A stretch of DNA of 43,981 bases, filler included, from Sphacelaria rigidula (lineage: Eukaryota), in the NCBI GenBank assembly GCA_964200075.2. It is 2 parts of 2 records of this genome, joined end to end, with 100 filler letters (N's around TTAATTAATTAA, not from the genome) between each part and the next. Parts side by side here need not be neighbours in the genome. Positions count along the whole stretch, not along the records: positions 22,044 to 43,981 come from CAXNAA020000374.1; 1 more part is not named here. One strand, given 5' to 3'. Each line of letters opens with the position of its first letter. The stretch's first letter is position 1. Positions 34,501 through 43,981 of the stretch are shown here, one piece after another. Under the pieces are notes generated by a model that ran no database searches, was not told where the DNA came from, and saw only the letters and a list, made by a program, of their open reading frames with translations. The translations under genes were made by a program, and so were the position numbers.

Positions 34501-35666
34501 TGTTGAGAGCCTCGGCCGGAATCGTACCCGATCAGTTCTTCCATCCACGATCATCAACCAACCACCCAATCAACCGAACACGTCCCGTACTGAAACATGA
34601 TGAATCACTCACGGTCATACTTGTACATCCATGAGCTGATTGCCCTCGACACGGGCTCCCTCAGCGCCACAAGGTACTTCATGCGTCCGTCGTAAGATTC
34701 GCTGCCATAAAGATCCCTGATCCGATAGGGCACCTCCATTACCGTGGCGTAATGAGGCGTGTCTGATGAGCAACAAAAAAATACAAGAAAAAAAACGACA
34801 AAAAATTTCATACCTAGGCAATGAAAGCGGGATCGTCGTGCTCTCGGCACAGCTGCAGCAGAGAATACTGCAGCAGTAGAATACAAAGAAACGACGAAAA
34901 AAACAGGGAACGAATTGAAGCGACTGGCAGGCACGTACTGAAGACACTCAGCGAGAGAGAAAGGCAGGAGCAAAAACATGAAGGGCGGTAGAAAACAACC
35001 AACCGTCCTCGCCCCTTCCCCCCTCACCAGAACAAGCAAGAGTATGTCGAGAGGAGAACACAAAATTGCATACTGTTGATACTGCTGATATCACTCTCTA
35101 CAACGTTCTCACGAGTACACCCTCCCCGACATTAATTTCGATTCGTTGCTGTTCGTCGCTCACAGGCTTGAGATCGTTCCGACACCTGAGCTTACCACAA
35201 AGAGGACACAGGCATTTTGTCCATGCTATGAATACAACAAAGCGCACTGCTGTACGGTAAAGCAGTAGTACGTCATAGTCAGTATTTGGCTGAGGATGTC
35301 GACGCGGTGTGAAAGTGATGGTTCCAAACTGCGAGACGAAAGTGTAAGGAGTGTGCCGGGGGAGGGATGGGCTGATATCTCGCACCCGCTTACCCGTGCC
35401 GACAAAAGGGGAAGAGTTATAACGGTGTGATGAGCAAGAAGGGCATAAAATGAGTAACTCACAATCCATGACGTGGTCTCGAGGGATTGCAGGGGGAGAT
35501 CTCATCATCAGCTTGCCCGAGCGCCCCTGACTCTTCAGGCGGCTGTAAGTGGCAGGGCTCATGAAGTCGAACAAATGCACTTCGTCAAACTGCCCGGGCT
35601 TTGACGCTGGGTACACGAATTTTAGCATCGGGTGCTCCACCATCCACTCTGACAAAGAAGTAGTGC
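26455..35666 (-). CDS. PAPS-dependent sulfotransferase, HS3ST/NDST-like carbohydrate sulfotransferase domain, 5'-partial, 7 exons in window
   Basis: complement(join(35463-35666,34613-34762,32260-32503,29909-30023,28269-28367,27606-27695,26455-26580)) = 1028 nt with consistent phases. Motifs: GTTSL (5'PSB), EVHLFD, MDYTPHY (Tyr split by an intron), LREPVSRAISSW (3'PB), GLYAVQLRRWF, LEEFYAPQNAALEELLG...W. Confidence 0.92.
27606..27695 (-). CDS. Sulfotransferase exon (GLPSLEAWKK...LAGQ), GC donor
   Basis: ccag acceptor, CAG|gcgagt donor. Confidence 0.75.
28269..28367 (-). CDS. Sulfotransferase exon (VVFLEDVAADPIGTLKSIFSFLG)
   Basis: aaag acceptor, gtacca donor. Confidence 0.88.
28473..28520. 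repeat. (AG)24 microsatellite
   Basis: Read directly from the sequence. Confidence 0.98.
29909..30023 (-). CDS. Sulfotransferase exon (AHVAKGLYAVQLRRWF)
   Basis: tcag acceptor, gtgaat donor. Confidence 0.9.
30400..30990 (-). mobile_element. LINE relic (RT QG region plus post-RT region)
   Basis: GLVQGCTSSSTAFEELINTMMAAV, then KLAKQLEAVQMTA and RWQYNVRNLP. Same family as 42880-43981. Confidence 0.75.
32260..32503 (-). CDS. Sulfotransferase exon (HRVDP...FEEAVEEG...DFI)
   Basis: acag acceptor, gtaagc donor; phases 1 and 2 fit both neighbours. Confidence 0.82.
32667..32901. mobile_element. Palindromic MITE with TA flanks (Tc1/mariner-like); partial second copy starts near 31370
   Basis: ta-cggtaggggtgca / tgcccccctaccg-ta, with further internal complementarity. 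tacggtaggggtgc recurs near 31370. Confidence 0.75.
33090..33870 (-). mobile_element. LINE reverse-transcriptase relic (N-terminal RT motifs through the QG motif)
   Basis: Degenerate GNCIGTALLSTVG, ISEGQAG, LDVQEAHDT, MLDGDISKYICILQGVA, SPTFFNVFINNMM. Confidence 0.85.
34613..34762 (-). CDS. Sulfotransferase exon (YTPHY...LREPVSRAISSW)
   Basis: tcag acceptor, gtgagt donor. Confidence 0.92.
35463..35666 (-). CDS. Sulfotransferase exon (GTTSL...EVHLFD...HVMD)
   Basis: ttag acceptor with a ccttaac branch point, gtgagt donor. Confidence 0.88.
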
Positions 35667-36527
35667 CTAATTTGTGCAAAACGTTAAGGACGGGCGGGTG
35701 TTATCTTCATTTAATTTGATGAAAAGACGAGAAAAGTATCGTTGACTGATTGGTTGATTTGCTTGTGGTCATCATAATGCGGTGTGTCACCGCAGCCGCC
35801 GTACCGGTTACCAAAATGCGTGCAGAACGTACCCAAGATGAAAACAAAAAATCAGAAGCACACTCTCTAGAAAACGAAAGACTCAGGAAACGCACACAAG
35901 GGATACGCACTACTAAACCGCCGCCACCATCACCACCACCACAATGACGCACAAGCTGCTTCACGCTGTTCACCCAGAATGTATTCTTCGACAAAAAATT
36001 ACGCAGTCTTCTGGAGTTAAGACGTTGAAAACCCGCATACGTACTATGGGCTACTACAAAACTCTCGACGAACGATGGTTTCATCATTTTCGTATTCTTC
36101 ATTGGTTTTTCGAGGGGTCTCAGGGGATCTTGTGCTCCTCTGCAACCCCCAAAAAACAGCGAACATTAAAAACTAAAAAAAAATCTCGTCCGTCGGAAGT
36201 TTGACAATGACCCCTTGTACACGAGCACAATTTTTTGAGAAACTGACACCAAAAAAGTGCGCCAAGTGTTTCGCCTTCCTGTAAAGTTTTCCGTACCCGG
36301 TGCAAATTCCTAGAACCTTGACTGTTGCATGAAAACACTTTTTTTGGCGGATTTGAACGGAGAACGAAAAAAATCAGCACCATATTTTCGAGTTGCGCAA
36401 CTCGTTGGACTACTCAGGGATGCAATATTTTGCTTTGTTTGTTTTTGAGGTGATGTGTAATGGCTTCCGAGGGGGCAAGCCGGGACCCCAGAAGCCAGCA
36501 GTATACCACATATTCTGGAACTGTCGG

Positions 36528-36838
36528 TTTAGGCCTATTTGATTCTAAAAGTGGTATCGCGATGCTATCGCTATCGCGATAGCATCATTTACGACCAGAG
36601 AAAATCAAATTTAGGTAAATTATCTGGTCCTACATATTTCCTCGTGAAAATGAAGGTCGCCAGTGGTCGTTGTAAGAAATTGTGTGATCCTGTGGCAGAT
36701 AGTATCGCGATAAAAAACGCAATTTCGCTCTCTCGGGATGGTATCCCGATACTATTCGAGCCAAATTTCCCCATCGCGATAGGGAAATTTGGCTTTTTTC
36801 TATCGCGATATCATCGCGATAGGAAAATTCAGTCTAAA
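36528..36838. repeat. Small element with six ATCGCGAT palindromes and short TAG...CTA ends (probable non-autonomous DNA transposon)
   Basis: ATCGCGAT at 36556, 36573, 36704, 36773, 36802 and 36813, clustered towards both ends. Confidence 0.55.
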
Positions 36839-36864
36839 GGGACCGTTCCAGAATATGTAGGGGT

Positions 36865-37115
36865 CCCGAAGCCGGCAGAGGGTGGAGGAAATTTTGAAAT
36901 ACTTTCCCACTGTACTGTTCTATGGAGTACCAATACGTACCCAATCGCCAAATATGAGGGCGATGCTTTTCTACGACAGATATAAGTGAACCCTGTCAAA
37001 AGGCTCCCGGAGTCTTTGGCGCCCATCATAGGTGGAAATTCCGACGACGCCAAAACCCCACTTCACCGAAATACCACGGATTTGGGTATAACTCGGTCCC
37101 ATAAAAACCGTTTTT
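36865..37115 (+). repeat. Interspersed repeat fragment shared with 5284-5515
   Basis: Collinear shared blocks, see 5284-5515. Confidence 0.75.
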
Positions 37116-37769
37116 ACTGTTGTCTTCCCCCATTAGATTTCCGATCAGATGACAGTCACTACGACTTCAAGCATGTGGAGACTGGGCAGAAAGAGCGGGG
37201 AATTCATAGTGCAAATATCGAAACAATTTGAAGGCTGCTGATCGGTCGAAAACAAATCCGACTATGTCGCCCTCTTCAGTTGCCCATGGCCGTCAGTATC
37301 ATACAGTCCCATGCACGCGATTATTGGGTAGGTAGTCTGGGAGACTTTTCATGATGACACATTTGGGTGATATCCGTGAACCAGCCTGTATCACCATCCC
37401 ACGCACCATCTAATACTTATGGGCGTATCTCAACAAGAGCAACATCATCCCTCGCTGCGGCCGTGGGAATCTTGAAAACACCGCCCGATTTGTAAGTACC
37501 TTTCCCGACCAGGTGCCATATTCTTCCCCCCCGACCACCGATTCTCGGAGAAAACACGGATTTTCCTCACAGTTGTTTCCAATCTTTGAGCCTAGCACGA
37601 ATTTTCACATGACAACGCCCAGGCATAATGGATTTCTCCATATTATTCGGATAAGAACGTAGTGAACTGATATCAAAAGAACATGATATTCCCGTGACAC
37701 AGTATGGAGAATTGGACTATCGAAAAAGATGCGGCTGAGATCAGAGGAAATATATCGAAAACGATGAAA

Positions 37770-38200
37770 AATATACAAACTATGCGAGAAGTGCTATGTT
37801 CCAAGAGGGGAATTATCGAAGAATGCTGATATTTTACGAGTACTTGCACAAGGCTGTACGTTATCACCTACCTCATTCAAGGTATTCAGCAATGGTGCGA
37901 TATTAGCAAGAGAAGCAGCAGGGCAAGGAGTCAAGGCGGGGGGAGATACGGTATCGCGATTGACGTTTGCGGATGATTTCGTGGGGATACCAGGAGGACG
38001 AGAGAGATTGTATAAACACACCAGGAAAAGCGCTATGAGTAGAATTCACTAGGGTTTGGAAAGTGACTGTGAACGTAGACACATGCGCGGTACTTGGACG
38101 TAACGAAGATACGGAGAATCCGATACAATCCGGACGGAAGTGGGGCGGAGAGGAATTGCCGACCGTAGCCCGGCATACATACCTTGGCGTAGACACATTA
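37770..38200 (+). mobile_element. LINE reverse-transcriptase relic with FADD
   Basis: VLAQGCTLSPTSFKVF...GQGVKAGGDTVSRLTFADDFVGIP, later KWGGEELPTV...YLG. Confidence 0.88.
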
Positions 38201-39360
38201 ACAACTGTTATGGGTGGGACTGGAGGGCGTAACGACCAAAAATTAGCGGCAAACTAAAAAAAATCAGAAGCGGAGGAATAATGAACACGTCGGTAGGTCG
38301 CCGCACCTGCGCTGAGGCCCTCTCGAGCAGAACGCACGCTCCATCACTTATAAACTTGGTTTACTATGAGACAGCTGTAGCACGGGGGATCGCGCAGTTC
38401 TCGACACAGGAAGTAAGCCAGCCCACGGCACTTCACACCCCCCCGCATACACACAAGGTCTAGAGAATCCCATTTCACATTTTCCTGGCGTCACGTCAGC
38501 AGCGAGAAACTCCCCCCACCCAGAGCGTGAAACACCTCATTTTTGTACGTTTGGGTTTGTTGCGGTTAAGTATCACGCCCAAACGAAAAGGTGAAATGGG
38601 TTGACCTAGCTTGGGTGTGTGAGAAGCGCACGCAAGAAATCGCAGTCCAATCCTCTGCTTCGTCACCGAGTTCTACGCGTTGCGTGATCGGCACTTTTGG
38701 GGTTTTGGATCTGTAGCGCTACTCGAGATTCAAAATGGCAAACTAAAAAAGAATCGGTGCGCGCATGTTTTTTTTTTCCTTGCCGTAAGCAAGTTGTGGC
38801 GACATCCAGTTTGTCGCGTGCCGCCAGCGCTGCTGCTTAGTTCTGTGCGGCTGTGCACTCAAGGCGATTTCGCCGTTCAACAGCGAGTATCCCTTCAAGT
38901 GTCAAATTTCAGAGGGGGAGTTCACAGAAGGAAGACTAAGCTAACGGCTGCTTCGTGTCTGGGCTCCAGTGCAGAAGCCGAAGCGTCTGGAGCGATTGTA
39001 GTACGTGCGCTGCCTTACATCTGCTGGCGACTATCTGTGATCTATTTAGTATTTGTCTGTTTATATACACTAATGCAAGAGTGAGGTGCAAACTATGCGA
39101 CGTTCGAGAAGCTTCGTTTTGAGCTGCATGTTTTTTTCTTACGGCAATGTGTGATGGTGTTATAGTTTGTGGCGTGCCACCAGGTGCTGCTTCGTGCTGT
39201 ACGGCTGTGGACAATGGGCAAGTTAGCCCTTCAACACCTTCATGTATTGAGTTGCAGAGGGCGAGGTAACACATGAACTTCTGCTCTTGTGTCTGAGGGT
39301 TTCAACGGAGAAACTAGGGCGCCAAGAGCGTTTCTTATTTTAGACTCGTACGCACTGACC

Positions 39361-41595
39361 ACACACGCGGCCGTTTCGCTACCTTGTAGAGGAATTTCCA
39401 AACGTTATCCTCGGTTCCGTCCGTTTTGAAATGCCCGCTGGAGGATGTTGGGTATTAGTAATCCTCTCGAGGATTTTCAATGGTGGGGCCTTCGAAGGTC
39501 TGTGTCAATAATAACCTCTCCTGGATTGTTTTTGAAGGCACGAGTGCTAAAGAAATCCGGGATTCGTACAGCCTCTGCTGTTCGAAATAAATCCCAATTC
39601 CAGATTTGGAATCGGGAAAAAAAGATTTTTTTCGAACAGCAGAGGCTGCACATACTCACAGATGTAATTTGCACACCAGAAGCTGTTCGAAATAAATCCT
39701 CATTTTGCCCGCCAGTACCTGAAATTGGGCAAAAAAAAACTTATATGCGAGCAGCTTCTGCTGTTCAAGTCCCACATATTACACCGTGTCAGCGAATGAG
39801 ATTCGAGAGGCAGCAGAAGTTGTTAAGTTCACCCTCTTGCCTCGTAATTCATATGTATCAATTGGGCAAAGGGATCGAATCCTTCAACAGCCTCGGCTGT
39901 ATAGAGATCCCATACGCTGATTGCAAGTGTTTGTCCACATGACCGCCCTGTACAGGTTTGGCTGGTGGTTGTGGTGCAGAATCTGTATGAACCTCACAAA
40001 TATGTACTTACAGGTTCTGAACCCCCGTAGTCCCGAGTCTATCATATCAATACCAAAGCAGTTTATTCTGTACGTTAATGACGGTATGACGATCACAACA
40101 ATGAGCACGGTTTGGTGCTGTACTGAACTGTACAATACCGTGCTTATAAACGTGGGTACAATATACTCCAGAGTTAGCGCGGCATATGCGCCACGCATGG
40201 CTGAACAAAGTGGATGCCTGTAACTTTGGGTGCATGGGAGTGTTTATACCGTCAGCTACTGAGTATACATCACGACGCCCGTTCTTGCAGCATGCTTACA
40301 AGTGCAGTCAGTAGGGCGTGAAAGGGCAGCGGGCACAGTACCGTATACACAGCGCAGGACTATACGTATGTTTCCTGGTTCCAGTGCGACGTGGAAAGGA
40401 CTTGAACAAAGTGCGCAGCTTTATCTGCCTGCACTGTCCATGAGTGTGTATGCAATAAGCCGCCGGTTATTGCCCGCACCCTACCCCGCGTGGTTCCGGC
40501 GCCACGCGACTCCGCGACCATGGAAGATGCTCAAATTTAAACTTCCAGTAACAAGACATATATCATACCCAACTACGGCAGTTTGTATCTATATCCCTGT
40601 GCCCAACTCGTGCTCTTTGCTGCAGGGTCATTGCGGGGGTAGCTGGGAACAAGTGTTTCCAGGTTTGCATGCTTCAATCCATGAACGCCGGGTAAAACAT
40701 ACATATCTGGCGTGATGGTTCATACCACAAGATTGCTGGGGTCCCAAAAGTGCCCTGGAAGCAGTTGGGACACAAGTCCACAAGTGTAAATCTACACGCT
40801 TGAGGATACTGCACGGCTATGTCCTCCGGAGTCGCACCAAATGCCCCAGAGGTCATAGTCGGTCCCTCCTCCAGAGGAATGATGCTCGTATTACCCTCTG
40901 CTGTTCATCTTTCCTTCTAAGGGAAGTTTTCGAAACCCACGTGCTCCAGAGCACCATTTGTTTGGTACCCTGGAGGAATTCAGACTTCAGAAGTCACCGG
41001 AGCATCAGGTGCTCACCGGAGGATTTGTTTTGTTGACCGGAACTGAATGTCAAACACCCTCTAGAGGGTATTGTCATTCTCCGGAGGGTCACTTCGCCCT
41101 CCAGAGGATGACAATCGCGATAGAGTATTTTCAAGGGGGTAACACGGGATTTTACAAATTGGGGATGGATTTTTTTCTGGGGATGAAAACCCGGAGAATT
41201 TCAATCTTAGTATCCACACCAAATCTCTGAAGTATGCTTCCATTTCTTCACTTGCTGGAGGCTATTGAAAATCTCTACACGCCGAACAACTTTGGATTCC
41301 GATAACCGATGTGTCGGGGTTTAAAGTGGAAAACCGATTTTGGCGTCCGATCGGAGACTTGAAATCCCCCCCAAATGGTTTTTCACCTAGAACCCCGACA
41401 TTCCAGTTATCGGAATCCAAACTTATATGACGTGCAGTAGTTGTCGATAGCTACCAGCAAGTGAAAAAATGGAAGCGTACTTCGAAAATTTGGTGTGGAT
41501 ACGAAGATTTTAATTCTCCGGGTTTTCATCCCCAATAAAAGATCCATCCCCAATTTGTAAAATCTCGTGTCGGGTAGCCGAATGGCCGTGTGCGT
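39361..41595. mobile_element. About 2.2-kb DNA transposon relic with 23-bp TIRs and subterminal CCTCNNGAGG-like motifs; hosts a nested MITE
   Basis: Left end acacacgcggccgtttcgctacc versus reverse complement of right end acgcacacggccattcggctacc (18/23). Motifs of the cctccagagg/cctctagagg/cctctcgagg type cluster at about 39380-39520 and 40820-41110. Confidence 0.6.
41141..41571. mobile_element. Fully palindromic MITE, about 430 bp, with GGGT 4-bp flanking duplication
   Basis: aacacgggattttacaaattggggatggat / atccatccccaatttgtaaaatctcgtgtc. GGGT at 41137-41140 and 41572-41575. Confidence 0.9.
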
Positions 41596-42049
41596 ATGTA
41601 TAAACAGGTCAGCAGAGCCACGATATTTCAACTGACCACCTCTGCATACTAGAAAGAATGTGTATACCATGCGAATTACACCACCTTGCATCTACGAGAC
41701 AATGCTATTTTTTGGCACCAGTCAATGTCATGACATATGCTTCGATGGCGGTCTGCCATGTGCTGCTCTGTTCTGTAAGGATGTGCACTAAGGACAACCT
41801 CACGTATTATGAACAAATAAATGCCCTTCCATCCCTTGACTCGTGACAGACGTTCCCGAGACAGAACCCAAGGCGTCTACAAGTAGAGCGATTCTCATTT
41901 TTGACGACGCACCGGTCACGTATCACTGGGTCGGCACAACAGCGATGTTTCACGTGACTGTTTTTACATACTACAAAGAACATGTAGGTGTGCGACCTCA
42001 GTCAACTTGCTGTTTAAACGGGACACTACACAGGCGGGAAGAAGCGCAG

Positions 42050-42560
42050 TTCACCTCGCCCACTCCCACGTCACCACCGATCTCGTCTCCGCTGCCCTTC
42101 AAACGTTTTTCGTCACGCTTTTCCAATCTCACCCCTTACGAGATTTTGAAACTAGGGGAAAATTGACATTCGAGATATTGATCTGGACAGAGTGTATCGG
42201 ACCATGCCCAAGCGGCTGACGAGATGGGATGCCTCCCTTTCATGCCATGACCCTGACCCCATGGGGCCCATAAAAAATTCACTCTCCAATCCCGCAGTCA
42301 CAGCTATGTGTAGGACATGCAGCGCGCAGCCAATCCGCACAGGATGAAACTCTTGATCGTAAACATCAACACCGTCCTCATTACTTTCCGCATGCGCGAC
42401 GCTGCTGCTCATGGTATCCAAGTTTCCGCACTTTCTCGTTCTAGCACGATATCAGGCACGCCTTTCAGTGTAGTTGGGTGTGTGGCGGCCATAACTGCTG
42501 CTATTCGCGTTCTTGTCTTGTTACCTTCGCAATGGTGGTAAACGTGAAGTGGCAGCTCGG
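42050..42560 (-). mobile_element. hAT-like transposase relic
   Basis: RIGCALHVLHIAV (CxxH motif) is followed after a frameshift by RAAETRSVVTWE (degenerate ETRW) at about 42080. Confidence 0.6.
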
Positions 42561-42879
42561 GGCCGTTTGCTTCCCGAGTAGTACAGCAGCTAAACACTAA
42601 TGCACCAAGATTTTCACCTCTCTGATCTGGAGCATTTTTTCCGCAGGAACAGCACTATGTCAACACCGACCACTCACACGCTTCAATAAATGTACTACAA
42701 TAATAGTAAATTTCATGTGAGCCAGGTCGTTGTCTTTAGGTGACGCGTGTATCCTTGGTTGATATGATTCGCCCGATTACGGTCCAGTTTTGACGGATGT
42801 GGCGTTCGTGAATCATTTTCCCGACAAACAGTACCCAAAATCGGGCTCCATTCCCACTCGTAACTGTTCTTGGGATGCA

Positions 42880-43981
42880 CACATCAATCCAGTACTGTAC
42901 CGCGAAAGGGAAAGGCCCATATAAGCAAGGGGGGCGTGATACCAAGAAACTCGCACGTCGACACTAGGATAAAGAGATGTAATCTGATGAATGTGATTGT
43001 CCCGAAGCTAAAATATGCAGTAGAAATATGGGAAGGGAACGCGACGCTGGTGAAGCAGCTAGCTAGCAACAGTACAATGACAGCAGCTAAAAAAACACAA
43101 CTTGAGAAAAAATACATAAACGGTAACATAACGTAAGGAAATACCAAGAGACCGTTGTTGGCCATAGTTGATAGGTTGTATGGAAGGAAGGGACGAAAGG
43201 GCAGACTGAAACTAGGTGGAACGGCGTAGTCGAGAGTATGGAAGGACATAAGGGGGAACCAAGACGAGATAGCGTCCAAATTGAATGTGGGGGGTACAAG
43301 ACAGGGGTGATAGGTATGAGAGAAATAAGGGGAAAACAAAAGATAATACGGACAGCTGACGCGGAAAAACACCTGAAGATATACGAGGGCTGAGACACGG
43401 GTATGGGATAAAACGATATTTGATCGACCCAACAGACCACAAGGAAAATCTCAAACTGCGATTTCGGGTATAAGACCTGAGCCTGCCAGAAAGAAGCAGG
43501 TGTACCAGTAGTCGGGTAGAGGAGGAGGTGGATGGACAGAACTAACTGCCCCTGTGGCATCGCAATGAAGAGTAAAATTCATCTAATGGCAGAGCGTGAA
43601 CTACACAAGTTGGAACGGAACGTCTTAGAGGAGGGAATGTGGGAAGTAGACGGAGGTGGCATGAGAAAGTTTGGTACATTAGCTCTAGACAGTAGCGGGA
43701 AAACGATGGCTGTACTAGGAGATGATGGTGGCCACAATCGGCGAAACAGGAGGGAGATGAGGTGTGTATTATCAAATTTCTCGTGCCATGTATGGAAGAA
43801 ACGCAATGAGCGCCAAATGCTGGAAGTGTCTCTATTAGGACTAGGAACGGTGTTGCGTCTCACAAGGAAGGGGTGGTCAGATGACGATGGTGACCAGCGA
43901 ATACATCTCCCCCCCCCTTCCCCCCCCACGTGCTCCGTCTCGAAAGGGATGCGTGGTCAATGGTCAAATGACTAAGGCAAG
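42880..43981 (+). mobile_element. LINE 3' portion (post-RT region, C-terminal CPCG..H region, 3' UTR), degenerate, runs off the window
   Basis: HVDTRIKRCNLMNVIVPKLKYAVEIWEGNATLVKQL, LKLRFR, NCPCG...IHLMAERELHK. The 3' end matches 2935-3300. Confidence 0.85.

Noticed and set aside
35511-35520. GC donor (G|gcaagc) ending the first visible sulfotransferase exon
   Set aside because: The canonical donor at 35462 restores the MD-Y-TPHY motif and the expected spacing from EVHLFD.
3598-35666. GGPPS plus sulfotransferase as a biosynthetic gene cluster for sulfated terpenoids
   Set aside because: They are separated by the housekeeping gene SEM1 and an artificial gap, no cyclase or oxidase is present, and the sulfotransferase looks carbohydrate-type.
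35950-36141. Upstream sulfotransferase exon (ttgcag acceptor, long open frame)
   Set aside because: It has no IIGxQKx motif and no fitting phase-1 donor, and the sequence looks repeat-derived.

Overview
Eukaryotic, intron-rich and transposon-dense DNA, most consistent with a brown alga (inferred from gene structure and repeat style; not provable from the sequence alone). Three spliced host genes can be reconstructed by hand with consistent exon phases. (1) A type III geranylgeranyl diphosphate synthase on + (6 exons, 3598-11097; first exon(s) not found in the window). (2) A complete 80-aa SEM1/DSS1 on - (3 exons, 19654-13136, with a 5.9-kb first intron). (3) An HS3ST/NDST-like PAPS-dependent sulfotransferase on - (7 exons, 35666-26455, one GC-AG intron; 5' exon(s) not found). 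The rest is mostly transposon debris: an RT-less RTE-clade LINE, five relics of a second LINE family, a decayed Ty3/Gypsy-like element split by an artificial 100-nt scaffold linker, a hAT transposase relic and several families of near fully palindromic MITEs. The best novelty candidate is the RTE element at 470-2621 (-). Its 5' end folds into an HDV/CPEB3-like ribozyme topology that starts exactly at a 6-bp flanking direct repeat. Its leading reading frame begins with two tandem PAM2 (PABP-binding) motifs.
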